From: Candidatus Latescibacter sp.
GTDB taxonomy: Bacteria; Latescibacterota; Latescibacteria; Latescibacterales; Latescibacteraceae
NCBI GenBank assembly: GCA_030692375.1
Contig: JAUYCD010000109.1
Span: 9,221-73,220, forward strand
DNA: 64,000 nt
Direction of reading: 5' to 3'
A program made the translations under genes and the position numbers. The notes below the pieces were generated by a model. The model had not been told where the DNA came from. It worked only from the letters and a program-made list of their open reading frames with translations, and did no database searches. Of this stretch, positions 9,417 through 19,984 are shown one piece after another. Each line of letters opens with the position of its first letter. Positions within the stretch are counted from its first letter, which is position 1.

Positions 9417-9735
9417 ACAGTATCACTCCATCGTGACTTGCCGGATACTCGATTGTACCGGTTACGTCTTTCCGCCACTCATACTCTTCAGAGGTGCTGA
9501 CAATAATGTCCTTTGCCACGGGAATATCGTGGAGAAGACTTCCAATTTCAATAGCTTTCTCGCGTTTGGAGCCTTTCATATCAATCACGACCAGGATATC
9601 CACATCGCTGTCCGAACCGGCATCGCCTCTGGCATGGGAGCCGAAAAGGATTATCCGTTCCGGCTGGAACCGTTCGATGATTCTGTCCTTAATGGTTTGA
9701 ATCATTTCCTGAATGTCATTATGCGATACTAACAT
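9403..9735 (-). CDS. Minimal nucleotidyltransferase (MNT) antitoxin-like protein
   Basis: LFGSHARGDAGSDSDVDILVV carries the GSxxxG..DxD motif. The start was trimmed to MLVSHNDIQ (9735) after an AAAGG RBS. Confidence 0.7.
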   Translation of the reverse strand: MLVSHNDIQEMIQTIKDRIIERFQPERIILFGSHARGDAGSDSDVDILVVIDMKGSKREKAIEIGSLLHDIPVAKDIIVSTSEEYEWRKDVTGTIEYPASHDGVILYAKP

Positions 9736-9957
9736 TGTTGTAGCCTTTGCGGTGATGAGGATTATGATTATGAAAATAACTCTTTCCGCCGCCGAATGCA
9801 ACAGAGTGTATCAAGCTTCCGGCTTGGAACATCACGTGGAGTCCTCTTTTATTCTATTCGAGAAAGGCTTACCTTTGCGACTTTGCGTCTCTGCGAGATA
9901 TAATCTTTATTCTCTCTTCTGTCTTCTTCCTCTGCGTCTCTGCGAGAAATAATCTTT

Positions 9958-11034
9958 TCAGCCCAGCGGATAGTTCCCATATTCCCGGACGGCGCCGTAA
10001 AATGCAAGGATATTTTCCAGCGGCACGTCCGGCTGAAAATTGTGCGAAGGCCCCAGGATAAGTCCCCCGCCTGGCCCGACCGTCCTGATACGCAGTTTCA
10101 CTTCTTCCTCTACATCATGGGGAGAGCCAAAGGGCATTACATCCTGGATATCCACTGTGCCCCAGAAGCTTAGATTTTTTCCGAAGCGCTGTTTCAGGTG
10201 CGCCGGGTCCATGGATTTCGGCTGGACGGCGTTCAGGATATCCACACCGATTTCGATGTATTCGGGAAGGAGGCTTTCGATGTTGCCGTCGCTGTGGTAG
10301 GCGATTTTCACATCGGGCTCTATCTTCCGGAATTCCTGTATCAGTGAGGCATACCGGGGTTTGAAGAATTCCCGCCATGTATCCGGAGAAACGATGAGTG
10401 AATGCTGGGTTCCGAAGTCATCCCCCAGCCAGAGAATATCCACTCCGAGTCCTGCAAGGGTCTTGCCGGTAACCAGTTGAAAGCCGTAAAGCTTATCCAG
10501 GAGAGCATGGGCGAAATCCTTGTTCAGCATCAGGTCTGCCAGGAATTCCTCATAACCGCGCAGATACCAGGCAGCTTCGAACAGGGTGCAGGGCATGCCT
10601 CCGACAATGACATGGGTACTGCCGTGCTCAGTGAGAAGCCTGCGGGCCGAATCATATCTCCAGGATTCGTGAGGGTCGGGACAGGAGAAAGAGGAGAGTT
10701 GGTTTCCATCGCGGAGGGGGCGTTTCACCATCTCCGTGTAGCGGCCGTGCGGGATGTCAACCCAGCGCCAGCCGATCCCCCATTCGCAGGTGTATTCCTT
10801 TTCTTCTCTGGCATAGTAGCTCGTGGCGATACCATGCCAGGCCACCAGGATGTCGTGCCCCATGACCAGCGGAAGTTCCGAGACCTTGCCGCTGTAGGCT
10901 TCGGCGGTAGAGTTCCGGAGCCTGAGATGCCGGGAGAGCTTTTCGGCGGCCTCGGGGGTAAAATCCGCATGAATGGGGACCCTGTCCGGCTCTTCGTGGT
11001 TGATGGCGGTCAGAACCCGTTCTCGTGAGGTCAT
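9958..11034 (-). CDS. Uroporphyrinogen-decarboxylase (URO-D)/MtaA-CmuA-family protein, paralogue 1
   Basis: About 358 aa with a URO-D-like fold signature (..EEPDRVPI..GGMPCTLFEAAWYLRGYEEFLADL..). The start is at MTSRERV after AAAGGAAA. Confidence 0.7.
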   Translation of the reverse strand: MTSRERVLTAINHEEPDRVPIHADFTPEAAEKLSRHLRLRNSTAEAYSGKVSELPLVMGHDILVAWHGIATSYYAREEKEYTCEWGIGWRWVDIPHGRYTEMVKRPLRDGNQLSSFSCPDPHESWRYDSARRLLTEHGSTHVIVGGMPCTLFEAAWYLRGYEEFLADLMLNKDFAHALLDKLYGFQLVTGKTLAGLGVDILWLGDDFGTQHSLIVSPDTWREFFKPRYASLIQEFRKIEPDVKIAYHSDGNIESLLPEYIEIGVDILNAVQPKSMDPAHLKQRFGKNLSFWGTVDIQDVMPFGSPHDVEEEVKLRIRTVGPGGGLILGPSHNFQPDVPLENILAFYGAVREYGNYPLG

Positions 11035-11394
11035 GAGTGAGTTTCCTTTTCGATTCATGGAAAAGACAACATCAGGGTTTTCCCCTCGCCCGTTTATGGG
11101 AGAGGAGACATGGGGTGAGGGCAAAAGCGTTTCAGTGCTAAAATTAGGAAAAGCTTCCGTGGAGTCAAGAGTATTTGTCAGAGTGAAGAAAAAAGGCGGA
11201 CAAGATTCCCTGCCATATAGACATTACATATGTCATAATGACATCAGGCCGTATAATTCAAGGGATAATTTGTAATGTACTCTATTCGCATGTAATTATT
11301 AATACAAGAGTTACATTAAATGTACATGCTTGGCGCGTTTTTTGCGCAGATTCTATTACCTAAGAAGATTATAACTTGATAAGGAGGAAGTACT

Positions 11395-13338
11395 ATGGCA
11401 AAAACAATTGGCATTGATTTGGGGACAACCAACTCGGTGGTGGCTGTACTCGAAGGAGGGCAGCCGGTTGTTATTCCGAACCAGGAAGGCGGGAGAACAA
11501 CCCCGAGCGTGGTTGCTTTTACAGATAAAGGCGAAAGGCTGGTCGGCCAGATCGCCAAACGGCAGGCTATAACCAATCCCCACCGTACCGTCTATTCCAT
11601 CAAAAGGTTCATGGGGAGAAAATACAATGAAGTCCTGAACGAAATCAAGACGGTTCCCTACAAAGTGGAAATGGGAGAAAACGAGACTGCCCGGGTCGAA
11701 ATAGAGGGAAAGCATTTTTCTCCGCCGGAGATATCCGCTCTCATTCTTCAGAAGATGAAACAGACCGCGGAAGATTATCTTGGCGAGAAGGTTACCGATG
11801 CCATTGTAACCGTCCCCGCCTATTTCAACGATGCCCAACGTCAGGCCACCAAAGATGCCGGCCGTATCGCGGGTCTTAATGTAAAGAGAATCATAAACGA
11901 ACCGACCGCAGCTTCACTCGCCTATGGATTAGACAAAAAGCATGACGAAAAAATTGCTGTATTCGACCTTGGCGGCGGAACATTCGACATCTCCATACTG
12001 GAGCTTGGCGACGGGGTATTCGAGGTGCTGTCCACCAACGGAGATACGCATCTCGGGGGAGATGATTTCGACCAGCGGCTGGTGGACTGGCTGGCTGATA
12101 ATTTCAAAAAACAGGAAGGAATCGATCTGAGAAAAGATCCGATGGCCCTTCAGCGGCTCAAGGAGGCTGCTGAAAAAGCCAAGATCGAGCTTTCGAACAC
12201 CCTGCAGACAGACATCAACCTCCCGTTTATTACCGCGGACGCCACCGGCCCGAAACACCTGAATATTACCCTGACCAGGGCGACATTTGAGGAAATGGTC
12301 AAGGACCTCATCGAACGTGCGCGCAAGCCGGTTGAAAATGCCCTCCGGGATGCCGGACAGAGTTCACAGCAGATAGACGAGGTAATTTTAGTAGGAGGCT
12401 CCACCAGAATCCCGAAAGTAGTGGACCTTGTACGGGAGATGTTTGGCAAGGAACCGCACAAAGGGGTCAATCCTGATGAGGTTGTTGCACTCGGCGCGGC
12501 AATCCAGGGAGGTGTTTTGACCGGTGAGGTGAAGGATATACTCTTATTGGATGTCACCCCTCTCTCTCTCGGAATCGAGACCCTTGGCGGAGTATTCACC
12601 AAGCTTATAGAACGGAACACCACCATTCCCACAAAGAAGAGCGAAGTATTCTCAACTGCCGCGGACAGCCAGACTTCGGTGGAAATCCATGTTCTCCAGG
12701 GGGAACGTGAGATGGCCGCCGACAACCGTACCATCGGTCGGTTCCATCTGGACGGCCTTCCTCCTGCGCCGCGGGGGATTCCGCAGATTGAGGTTACCTT
12801 TGACATTGACGCCAACGGAATATTGAATGTGTCCGCCAAGGACCGGGCGACATCCAAGGAGCAGAATATACGTATCGAAGCTTCCAGCGGCCTGAATGAG
12901 TCCGAAATCCAGAAGATGGTTAAAGATGCCCAGGTTCACGCCAATGAGGATAAGCAGAAACGCGATGAAATTCAAACCCGCAACCAGACCGACCAACTCG
13001 TGTATCAGACGGAAAAAAACCTGAAGGATCTGGGAGACCGTCTGGATGCTGACGCCAAAGCGAAGGTGGAGGCTGCGCTTGAACGGGCAAGACAAGCGCT
13101 GAAAGGAACGGATGCACGGGAAATCGCTTCGGCTCGCGACGGTCTCACGGCGGCCTGGCACGAAGCGTCTACCAAGCTTTACAGTCAGGGTGGGCCGGGT
13201 GGACCCGGCGGTCCTGGGGCGCAGGGTGGTCCGGGAGGTGCTGAAGGCGCTCCACCCACGGGAGAACCAAAGGGGCAGGAAAAGGGTACCAAAGGCGGAG
13301 GCTCCCCGGTTGATGCTGATTACGAGGTAATGGATTAA
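11395..13338 (+). CDS. dnaK: Molecular chaperone DnaK (Hsp70)
   Basis: [18 protein letters not shown]..; full-length Hsp70 with an AAGGAGGAAG RBS. Confidence 0.97.
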   Translation: MAKTIGIDLGTTNSVVAVLEGGQPVVIPNQEGGRTTPSVVAFTDKGERLVGQIAKRQAITNPHRTVYSIKRFMGRKYNEVLNEIKTVPYKVEMGENETARVEIEGKHFSPPEISALILQKMKQTAEDYLGEKVTDAIVTVPAYFNDAQRQATKDAGRIAGLNVKRIINEPTAASLAYGLDKKHDEKIAVFDLGGGTFDISILELGDGVFEVLSTNGDTHLGGDDFDQRLVDWLADNFKKQEGIDLRKDPMALQRLKEAAEKAKIELSNTLQTDINLPFITADATGPKHLNITLTRATFEEMVKDLIERARKPVENALRDAGQSSQQIDEVILVGGSTRIPKVVDLVREMFGKEPHKGVNPDEVVALGAAIQGGVLTGEVKDILLLDVTPLSLGIETLGGVFTKLIERNTTIPTKKSEVFSTAADSQTSVEIHVLQGEREMAADNRTIGRFHLDGLPPAPRGIPQIEVTFDIDANGILNVSAKDRATSKEQNIRIEASSGLNESEIQKMVKDAQVHANEDKQKRDEIQTRNQTDQLVYQTEKNLKDLGDRLDADAKAKVEAALERARQALKGTDAREIASARDGLTAAWHEASTKLYSQGGPGGPGGPGAQGGPGGAEGAPPTGEPKGQEKGTKGGGSPVDADYEVMD

Positions 13339-13509
13339 TATAATCCGCTGAAAGCCACCCTTAATCGGATTTTACTCCAACAATGCAGGGGTTAACTGCG
13401 GCAAACCCCTGCAGTTGTAAAGAATCTGTATACTTTCTCATGTAATTTTCAAAAAATCTTTGATACACGGCATGAAAAATACATATATTATATATCTATT
13501 TTTAAAAAA

Positions 13510-13536
13510 TTAGCATTCTCCATTGTCGAGTGCTAA
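13510..13536 (+). promoter_or_regulatory. CIRCE operator (HrcA binding site) upstream of groES
   Basis: ttagcattc-tccattgtc-gagtgctaa matches TTAGCACTC-N9-GAGTGCTAA. Confidence 0.75.
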
Positions 13537-13569
13537 TAGATCGTAAACCCCATCAAAGGAGGAGTACCA

Positions 13570-13860
13570 TTGAAAATTAAACCTTTGGCAGACAGAGTCA
13601 TTGTGAAACCTTCCGATTCTGCGGAAAACAAAACCCCCGGTGGAATTATTATCCCCGACACCGCGAAAGAAAAACCTCAGGAAGGTAAGATTGTGGCCGT
13701 AGGACCCGGCAGGATCGATGAAAATGGCAAGATCATACCCATGAATGTCAAGGTCGGAGAAAATGTTCTCTACTCCAAGTACGGCGGTTCCGAGCTGAAG
13801 TATGAAGGCGAGGAATACCTCATCATGTCCGAATCCGATATTCTTGCAGTAATCGAATAA
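13570..13860 (+). CDS. groES: Co-chaperonin GroES (TTG start)
   Basis: [37 protein letters not shown].. Confidence 0.93.
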   Translation: MKIKPLADRVIVKPSDSAENKTPGGIIIPDTAKEKPQEGKIVAVGPGRIDENGKIIPMNVKVGENVLYSKYGGSELKYEGEEYLIMSESDILAVIE

Positions 13861-13880
13861 CCTGTAACGGCTGACAGTAA

Positions 13881-15545
<1,665 letters not shown>

Positions 15546-15574
15546 AAAAGCAAAAGCAACAAGAAATACCGAAA

Positions 15575-15607
15575 GCGCCTGCAAAAAAAGCGGGCGCTTT
15601 TTTATTG
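15575..15607 (+). terminator. Rho-independent terminator after groEL
   Basis: agcgcctgcaaaaaaagcgggcgctttttt stem-loop plus T-run. Confidence 0.6.
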
Positions 15608-15679
15608 ATTTGCAATACGATATACGGTATATATTAAATCCATAAGAAATTTATACGGATGTTTTGAAAGGAATATTTC

Positions 15680-16009
15680 ATGAATGATCGGATACACTCA
15701 ATCCTGGCGATGTTCGAAGGTGATATTCCACCGTTGCTCCGTAATAATATCGTCAAAATACTCATATTTGGATCGTATGCCAGGGGCGAACCCACGAGTG
15801 AGTCCGACCTTGATATAGCGGTTATAGTAACAAAAAAAATCCCCAAAATGGTCCAGATGCTGGATGATTGCGCATACCGGGTTATGTGGGAATATGATTT
15901 CGATCCGGTTATATCGCTGAAAGTGTTCTCGGAAGATGAGTTTTCCGAAGCGGTGCGGTGCGGCTTTTCTTTTTATCGCAACGTTCTCGACAAGGGGATA
16001 CCGGTATGA
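15680..16009 (+). CDS. Minimal nucleotidyltransferase (MNT) inserted behind groEL
   Basis: ILIFGSYARGEPTSESDLDIAVIV motif. AT-rich cassette. A 30-aa overlapping ORF (16006-16098) may be the remnant of its HEPN partner. Confidence 0.65.
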   Translation: MNDRIHSILAMFEGDIPPLLRNNIVKILIFGSYARGEPTSESDLDIAVIVTKKIPKMVQMLDDCAYRVMWEYDFDPVISLKVFSEDEFSEAVRCGFSFYRNVLDKGIPV

Positions 16010-16117
16010 ATACAGTACAGGTGGCTGTTGCCTTCTGGATGAAAGCGATTATCTTTGTTGATGCTATGAGAGCGCTTCTTAATGACATTGATGAATGATA
16101 GAGAATCCTGACCTCCG

Positions 16118-16232
16118 GGCAGCGGCTCGCACGGCGGTGGAATGGGTGGAATAGGCAGAATGTACTAAAAAGCAAAAGCAACAAGATATCATGAACGCGC
16201 CTGCGAAAAAAAGCGGGCGCTTTTTTTATTGT
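16118..16232 (+). repeat. Diverged duplicate (about 88% identical) of the groEL 3' end plus terminator (15498-15607), flanking the MNT cassette on the right
   Basis: gggcagcggctcgcacggcggtggaatgggtggaataggcagaatgtactaaaaagcaaaagcaacaag..gcgcctgcgaaaaaaagcgggcgcttttttt compared with the groEL end. Confidence 0.8.
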
Positions 16233-16359
16233 CTTTACCTCGGAAAACTATTTTTCATATTTTCAAAAATTTCACTTGACAAACCAGCTTTTTCTTGTAT
16301 TTTACAAAGTAGATTTAAATATTAAATTTAAACATTCAATGAAATGCAGGTAATGAACG

Positions 16360-16734
16360 ATGTCCGAATTACGATTAGGCCGGGTGCAGATGAGAATCAT
16401 GCAGGTTCTCTGGAAAAAACAGAGGGCGACTGCGCAGGAAATTACCGATGAGATAAATAAGCTGGAGCCGATAAAACACAGCACAGTTCAGACCTTTCTC
16501 AGGGTGCTTGCGAAAAAGAAGATTGTAGCATTTGATGTTGAGAAACGCACATTCGTGTATTACCCGATGGCAAACAGCGAAAGTGTCACACAGAGCGCGG
16601 TCAGAAATTTTATCGACACCACCTTTTCCGGCTCGCTTGAAGGTATGATCTCCTACATCATCAAAAATGTTGACATATCTCCCGAACAGTTGGAAAAAAT
16701 CAAAAAATTACTGGATGAAGAGGAAAAATTCTGA
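16360..16734 (+). CDS. BlaI/MecI/CopY-family winged-helix transcriptional repressor
   Basis: MSELRLGRVQMRIMQVLWKKQRATAQEITDEINK..HSTVQTFLRVLAKKKIV..; about 120 aa; directly followed by an M56 peptidase gene with a 1-nt overlap. Confidence 0.8.
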   Translation: MSELRLGRVQMRIMQVLWKKQRATAQEITDEINKLEPIKHSTVQTFLRVLAKKKIVAFDVEKRTFVYYPMANSESVTQSAVRNFIDTTFSGSLEGMISYIIKNVDISPEQLEKIKKLLDEEEKF

Positions 16735-19700
16735 TGTGGGCCTTCGATTCTTTTGACCGGCTGATTGTCTGGTCAAACGTGATGGCGCCGATTCTGGCCG
16801 ATCTCATGCTATATTCGACCATCATCGGAGGGATTGGGCTTCTCGGCGCCCGTTTGCTGAAGAAGCGAGGGGCGGTGTATCAATCAGTGTTCCTGCGGCT
16901 CAGTCTTCTCGCAATCCTCATAACCCCTATGGCCGCGCTTGTTTTATCTTCATTTGATGTAATGGGTATCCGCCTGCCAATGGCGCAGGTAAAAAGACCG
17001 GATACTATCAGGGTGTTTGCGGCCCCGAATGCCTCCGCTCCGGTGCAAAAGAATCTCACATTTAAGCAACCTGCTCCGCAAGAACCAGTTCGCACCAATG
17101 ACACCCCTATCCGAGGGAAAGACTTACAAAATCGAAAAACCTCGCAGGCGTCTTCAACTGACATAGGCGCAGCGGCTTCAAATCCCGATGATTCACACAT
17201 GAAGAAAGAATCGCCGCTCTCTTCTCCTGGCGGAAACAGCATTTCGCCCGGGAAAGTTAAGGAAATCAACAAGCCTGGGATGTTTGCCGCTCTGTTTCCG
17301 TTTCTCTATGTGACGATTTCTCTTGTATGGATACTCGTTTCACTTATCCTTCTCCTTAAAGCTGTCTTCCACAATCTGTATATCAAATACCTGCTTCTCA
17401 CCGCATACGATGCAAATCCGGCGCATGTAAAAACCTGCCGTGCTCTCGCCGAAGAATTGCATGTAAAGCCGCCCCGGGTTCTGCAGAGTCCCCGGGTAAA
17501 AAGATCCTTTCTGGCTGGTTTTTTTAGTCCCACGATTGTGTTACCGCTTCATGAAAATGAAGTTTCCATGTCGAGCCGTGAGGTGTTTCTTCATGAGTTT
17601 GCCCACATGATCCGCCGAGACCACCTCTGGAACCTGGTATGCCAGATGGGGAAGATTATTCTGCCGCTTCAGCCGCTCATGTGGCTTCTTGCCCGTGAAA
17701 TAGAGGTAACAAGCGAATACGTATGCGATGATTATGTGGTGGTGTACGGAAAAAGCAATAAGAAATATGCTTTTCAGCTCTATTCTATGGCGAAAATGCT
17801 CCAGGCGGAGCGCCGTGAGGTATCCGCCGGAGTGGGAATTTTCTCGGTCCGCTCGTATCTCCTTAAACGGATCGAGCGGATTCTCGACCAGTCCCACTCC
17901 CGCTTTCTGACCTTGAAATTCCATGAAATGCTGTCATTTATCGTATTATTCCTTTCTTTCGTTGTGCTTACCGGTTTTATCAGTTTCAAAGGGGAGGCGC
18001 TCAAACGTAAGGCAATGAATGGGAATTCCTATTCCCGGGGAAACACGCATTCTTTATCGCTTACAAATAAAACTCAAGAAAATCAGCCATCATCTGCCGA
18101 TTTTAAAAGTGTTTCAGAGAAATCTGCTACCCCAACAGGCGTTACTTCACGTGAGAATCAAAAAGAAAATGCCGTTTCTCCAAAAACTGAGAATCTTTCG
18201 GAAGATGCTTCTTCTCCCTATGATATACTTGTACAAAGCGATTCCCCGGTAGTTTCAAATCCTTTTCTTGCCTTGCTGACGACTGAACCCAATTCTGATA
18301 CTCAGGCCGCACCGGTTACCAATACTCCGGCTGCTTCTGTCCCTGAACTGAAGCTTGAATCAGCAGCGGATGTCAGTGTTCCAACCGGAAGAACAGACGG
18401 TAAAAGCAGCAATGAAACGAAAGAGCACCTCGGTTCTCACAACGCTCTCGTAAAGCCTGAACCAATTGAAATGAAAATAAACCCTGGCATCGCCGCGAAT
18501 ATCATACCTGCCGGAATAAAATCTGAGCAGTTCGCCAGTGTGGTCACCCTTACCCAGAATTTCAGGAGCCTCACTCCTCTGGATATGCGGGCGAGGACAC
18601 TGCAATACACTTCAGCAAGCGCCAGCCAGCTTGACCCGGTCTGGTCGCCGGACGGTAAATCCATCGCTTTCACCGACGGTCAGTACGGGGTCTGGGTCGT
18701 TCCGGCGGAGGGGGGAGAGCCGGTTCTTGTGTATGACAACTATTATAAATCGAGTTGGCATGGAATAAAATTCCATTCTGTGGGAAGTATGGATACTTTC
18801 GGGTTCACACCGGACGGACAGAAACTCCTGTTCCAGTATTTCCTTATAGATGAAAATAGGGGAACAAAGGTTACCATGGAGCGGGACAAATACGGCAGTG
18901 TTACAATCTATCAGATCGATGGGCTGGTTCCGGTCATCATGAGCGTCGATATCAAGACCGGGACGATTGCCGCGGTGCGCCAGGAAGCGGAAAAAGGCCA
19001 ATACAGTCATAATGGAAGGTATCTGGCATTTATCAACTACGATCACCGGTATTTCACCGATCCCAACGAATCCTTCCATATGCAGGACCTGACGGTTCAG
19101 GACACCGGAACGGGCGAAATCAGGTATCTGACCTATGGGCAGTATCGTATTCAAAACTTCTGTTTTGCGCCTGATGGTGTTTCGGTGCTCGCCTATATGA
19201 CGCCTCGTGATGGAAGTTCTTCTGCGGGCATCTATCGTATCCCGCTCAAAGGAGGCAAAGCCGAAAAGCTTCCTGTCTCTCTTGCAGGCGAGAGCGGCGG
19301 CAACCTCCAGTGTTCGCCGGATGGCCGGTGGATCATCTACTCCGAAAAGAGATCGGATCAACACACCATCGTGTACTATGATGTATTGACCGGCGCCGAG
19401 CGGCGTAAGACGCTTCCGGCAGCCACCAAAGGGGTGAGCCTTTCCCCTGACGGAACAAAATTCTGTTCGGTGATGGACACGGGAATATCCGAACCGGTTT
19501 TTAAACTCTTCCTGTCCGGTTCTTTGAACATGCCCGCCGGTGTGCAGACGATCGCGCCGGTCGGATTCGCCATAAGGGGGAATTACCCGAATCCGTTCAA
19601 CCAGTCCACGGTTATCGAGTACACCCTTCCCGAATCCGGGGAAGTTACTCTTGAAATATATAACGTTCTCGGCCAGAAAGTCCGTAGGCTGGTATCCGAG

Positions 19701-19838
19701 ACCATTCAGCCGGGCCGTCATACTGCGAGGTGGGACGGCCGAACCGACAAAGGCCTGACAGTATCTACGGGAACCTATATCATGCGGCTCAGCATGGGTA
19801 AGTTTGTAGTCACGAAAAATATCATGGTGCTTAAATAA
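16734..19838 (+). CDS. BlaR1/MecR1-like M56 membrane metalloprotease fused to a TolB-like (PD40) beta-propeller region and a FlgD-Ig/T9SS-type C-terminal domain
   Basis: N-terminal TM helices plus the HEFAHMIRRDH zinc motif (M56). The C-terminal half has repeated ..SPDGK/SPDGR.. propeller blades and ends GNYPNPFNQSTVIEYTLPESGEVTLEIYNVLGQKVRRL..WDGRTDKG..SGTYIMRL. Confidence 0.8.
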   Translation: MWAFDSFDRLIVWSNVMAPILADLMLYSTIIGGIGLLGARLLKKRGAVYQSVFLRLSLLAILITPMAALVLSSFDVMGIRLPMAQVKRPDTIRVFAAPNASAPVQKNLTFKQPAPQEPVRTNDTPIRGKDLQNRKTSQASSTDIGAAASNPDDSHMKKESPLSSPGGNSISPGKVKEINKPGMFAALFPFLYVTISLVWILVSLILLLKAVFHNLYIKYLLLTAYDANPAHVKTCRALAEELHVKPPRVLQSPRVKRSFLAGFFSPTIVLPLHENEVSMSSREVFLHEFAHMIRRDHLWNLVCQMGKIILPLQPLMWLLAREIEVTSEYVCDDYVVVYGKSNKKYAFQLYSMAKMLQAERREVSAGVGIFSVRSYLLKRIERILDQSHSRFLTLKFHEMLSFIVLFLSFVVLTGFISFKGEALKRKAMNGNSYSRGNTHSLSLTNKTQENQPSSADFKSVSEKSATPTGVTSRENQKENAVSPKTENLSEDASSPYDILVQSDSPVVSNPFLALLTTEPNSDTQAAPVTNTPAASVPELKLESAADVSVPTGRTDGKSSNETKEHLGSHNALVKPEPIEMKINPGIAANIIPAGIKSEQFASVVTLTQNFRSLTPLDMRARTLQYTSASASQLDPVWSPDGKSIAFTDGQYGVWVVPAEGGEPVLVYDNYYKSSWHGIKFHSVGSMDTFGFTPDGQKLLFQYFLIDENRGTKVTMERDKYGSVTIYQIDGLVPVIMSVDIKTGTIAAVRQEAEKGQYSHNGRYLAFINYDHRYFTDPNESFHMQDLTVQDTGTGEIRYLTYGQYRIQNFCFAPDGVSVLAYMTPRDGSSSAGIYRIPLKGGKAEKLPVSLAGESGGNLQCSPDGRWIIYSEKRSDQHTIVYYDVLTGAERRKTLPAATKGVSLSPDGTKFCSVMDTGISEPVFKLFLSGSLNMPAGVQTIAPVGFAIRGNYPNPFNQSTVIEYTLPESGEVTLEIYNVLGQKVRRLVSETIQPGRHTARWDGRTDKGLTVSTGTYIMRLSMGKFVVTKNIMVLK

Positions 19839-19984
19839 GGAAAGGAGGTGAACCCGGCATCGAGTCTGTTCGGAGGCGCTCTCAATTGAAAGTACTAAAG
19901 CTTTTTCGGGGTCATGTATCGGGGTCAGATAAATTTCTCATCAACTTTTCAAAGTGCATCAAAAATGTAACGGAGGTTGGAACC

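Noticed and set aside
12150-13161. Long antisense ORFs (235 aa and 169 aa) inside dnaK, and similar ones inside groEL (14208-15101), the blaR1-like gene (18612-19721), glyA (36239-36862) and other genes
   Set aside because: They are fully embedded antisense to strongly supported conserved genes and lack an RBS. High GC with few stop codons explains them. Their translations are low-complexity (S/P/R-rich).
16006-16098. 30-aa ORF overlapping the stop of the groEL-adjacent MNT as a separate CDS feature
   Set aside because: It is too short and has no recognisable HEPN motifs. It is mentioned only as a possible partner remnant.
16240-16359. blaI promoter/operator call (TTGACA-N17-TATTTT plus atttaaatattaaatttaaa dyad)
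   Set aside because: It is plausible, but the BlaI operator consensus (TACA/TGTA dyad) is not clearly present. I am not confident enough to list it as a feature.
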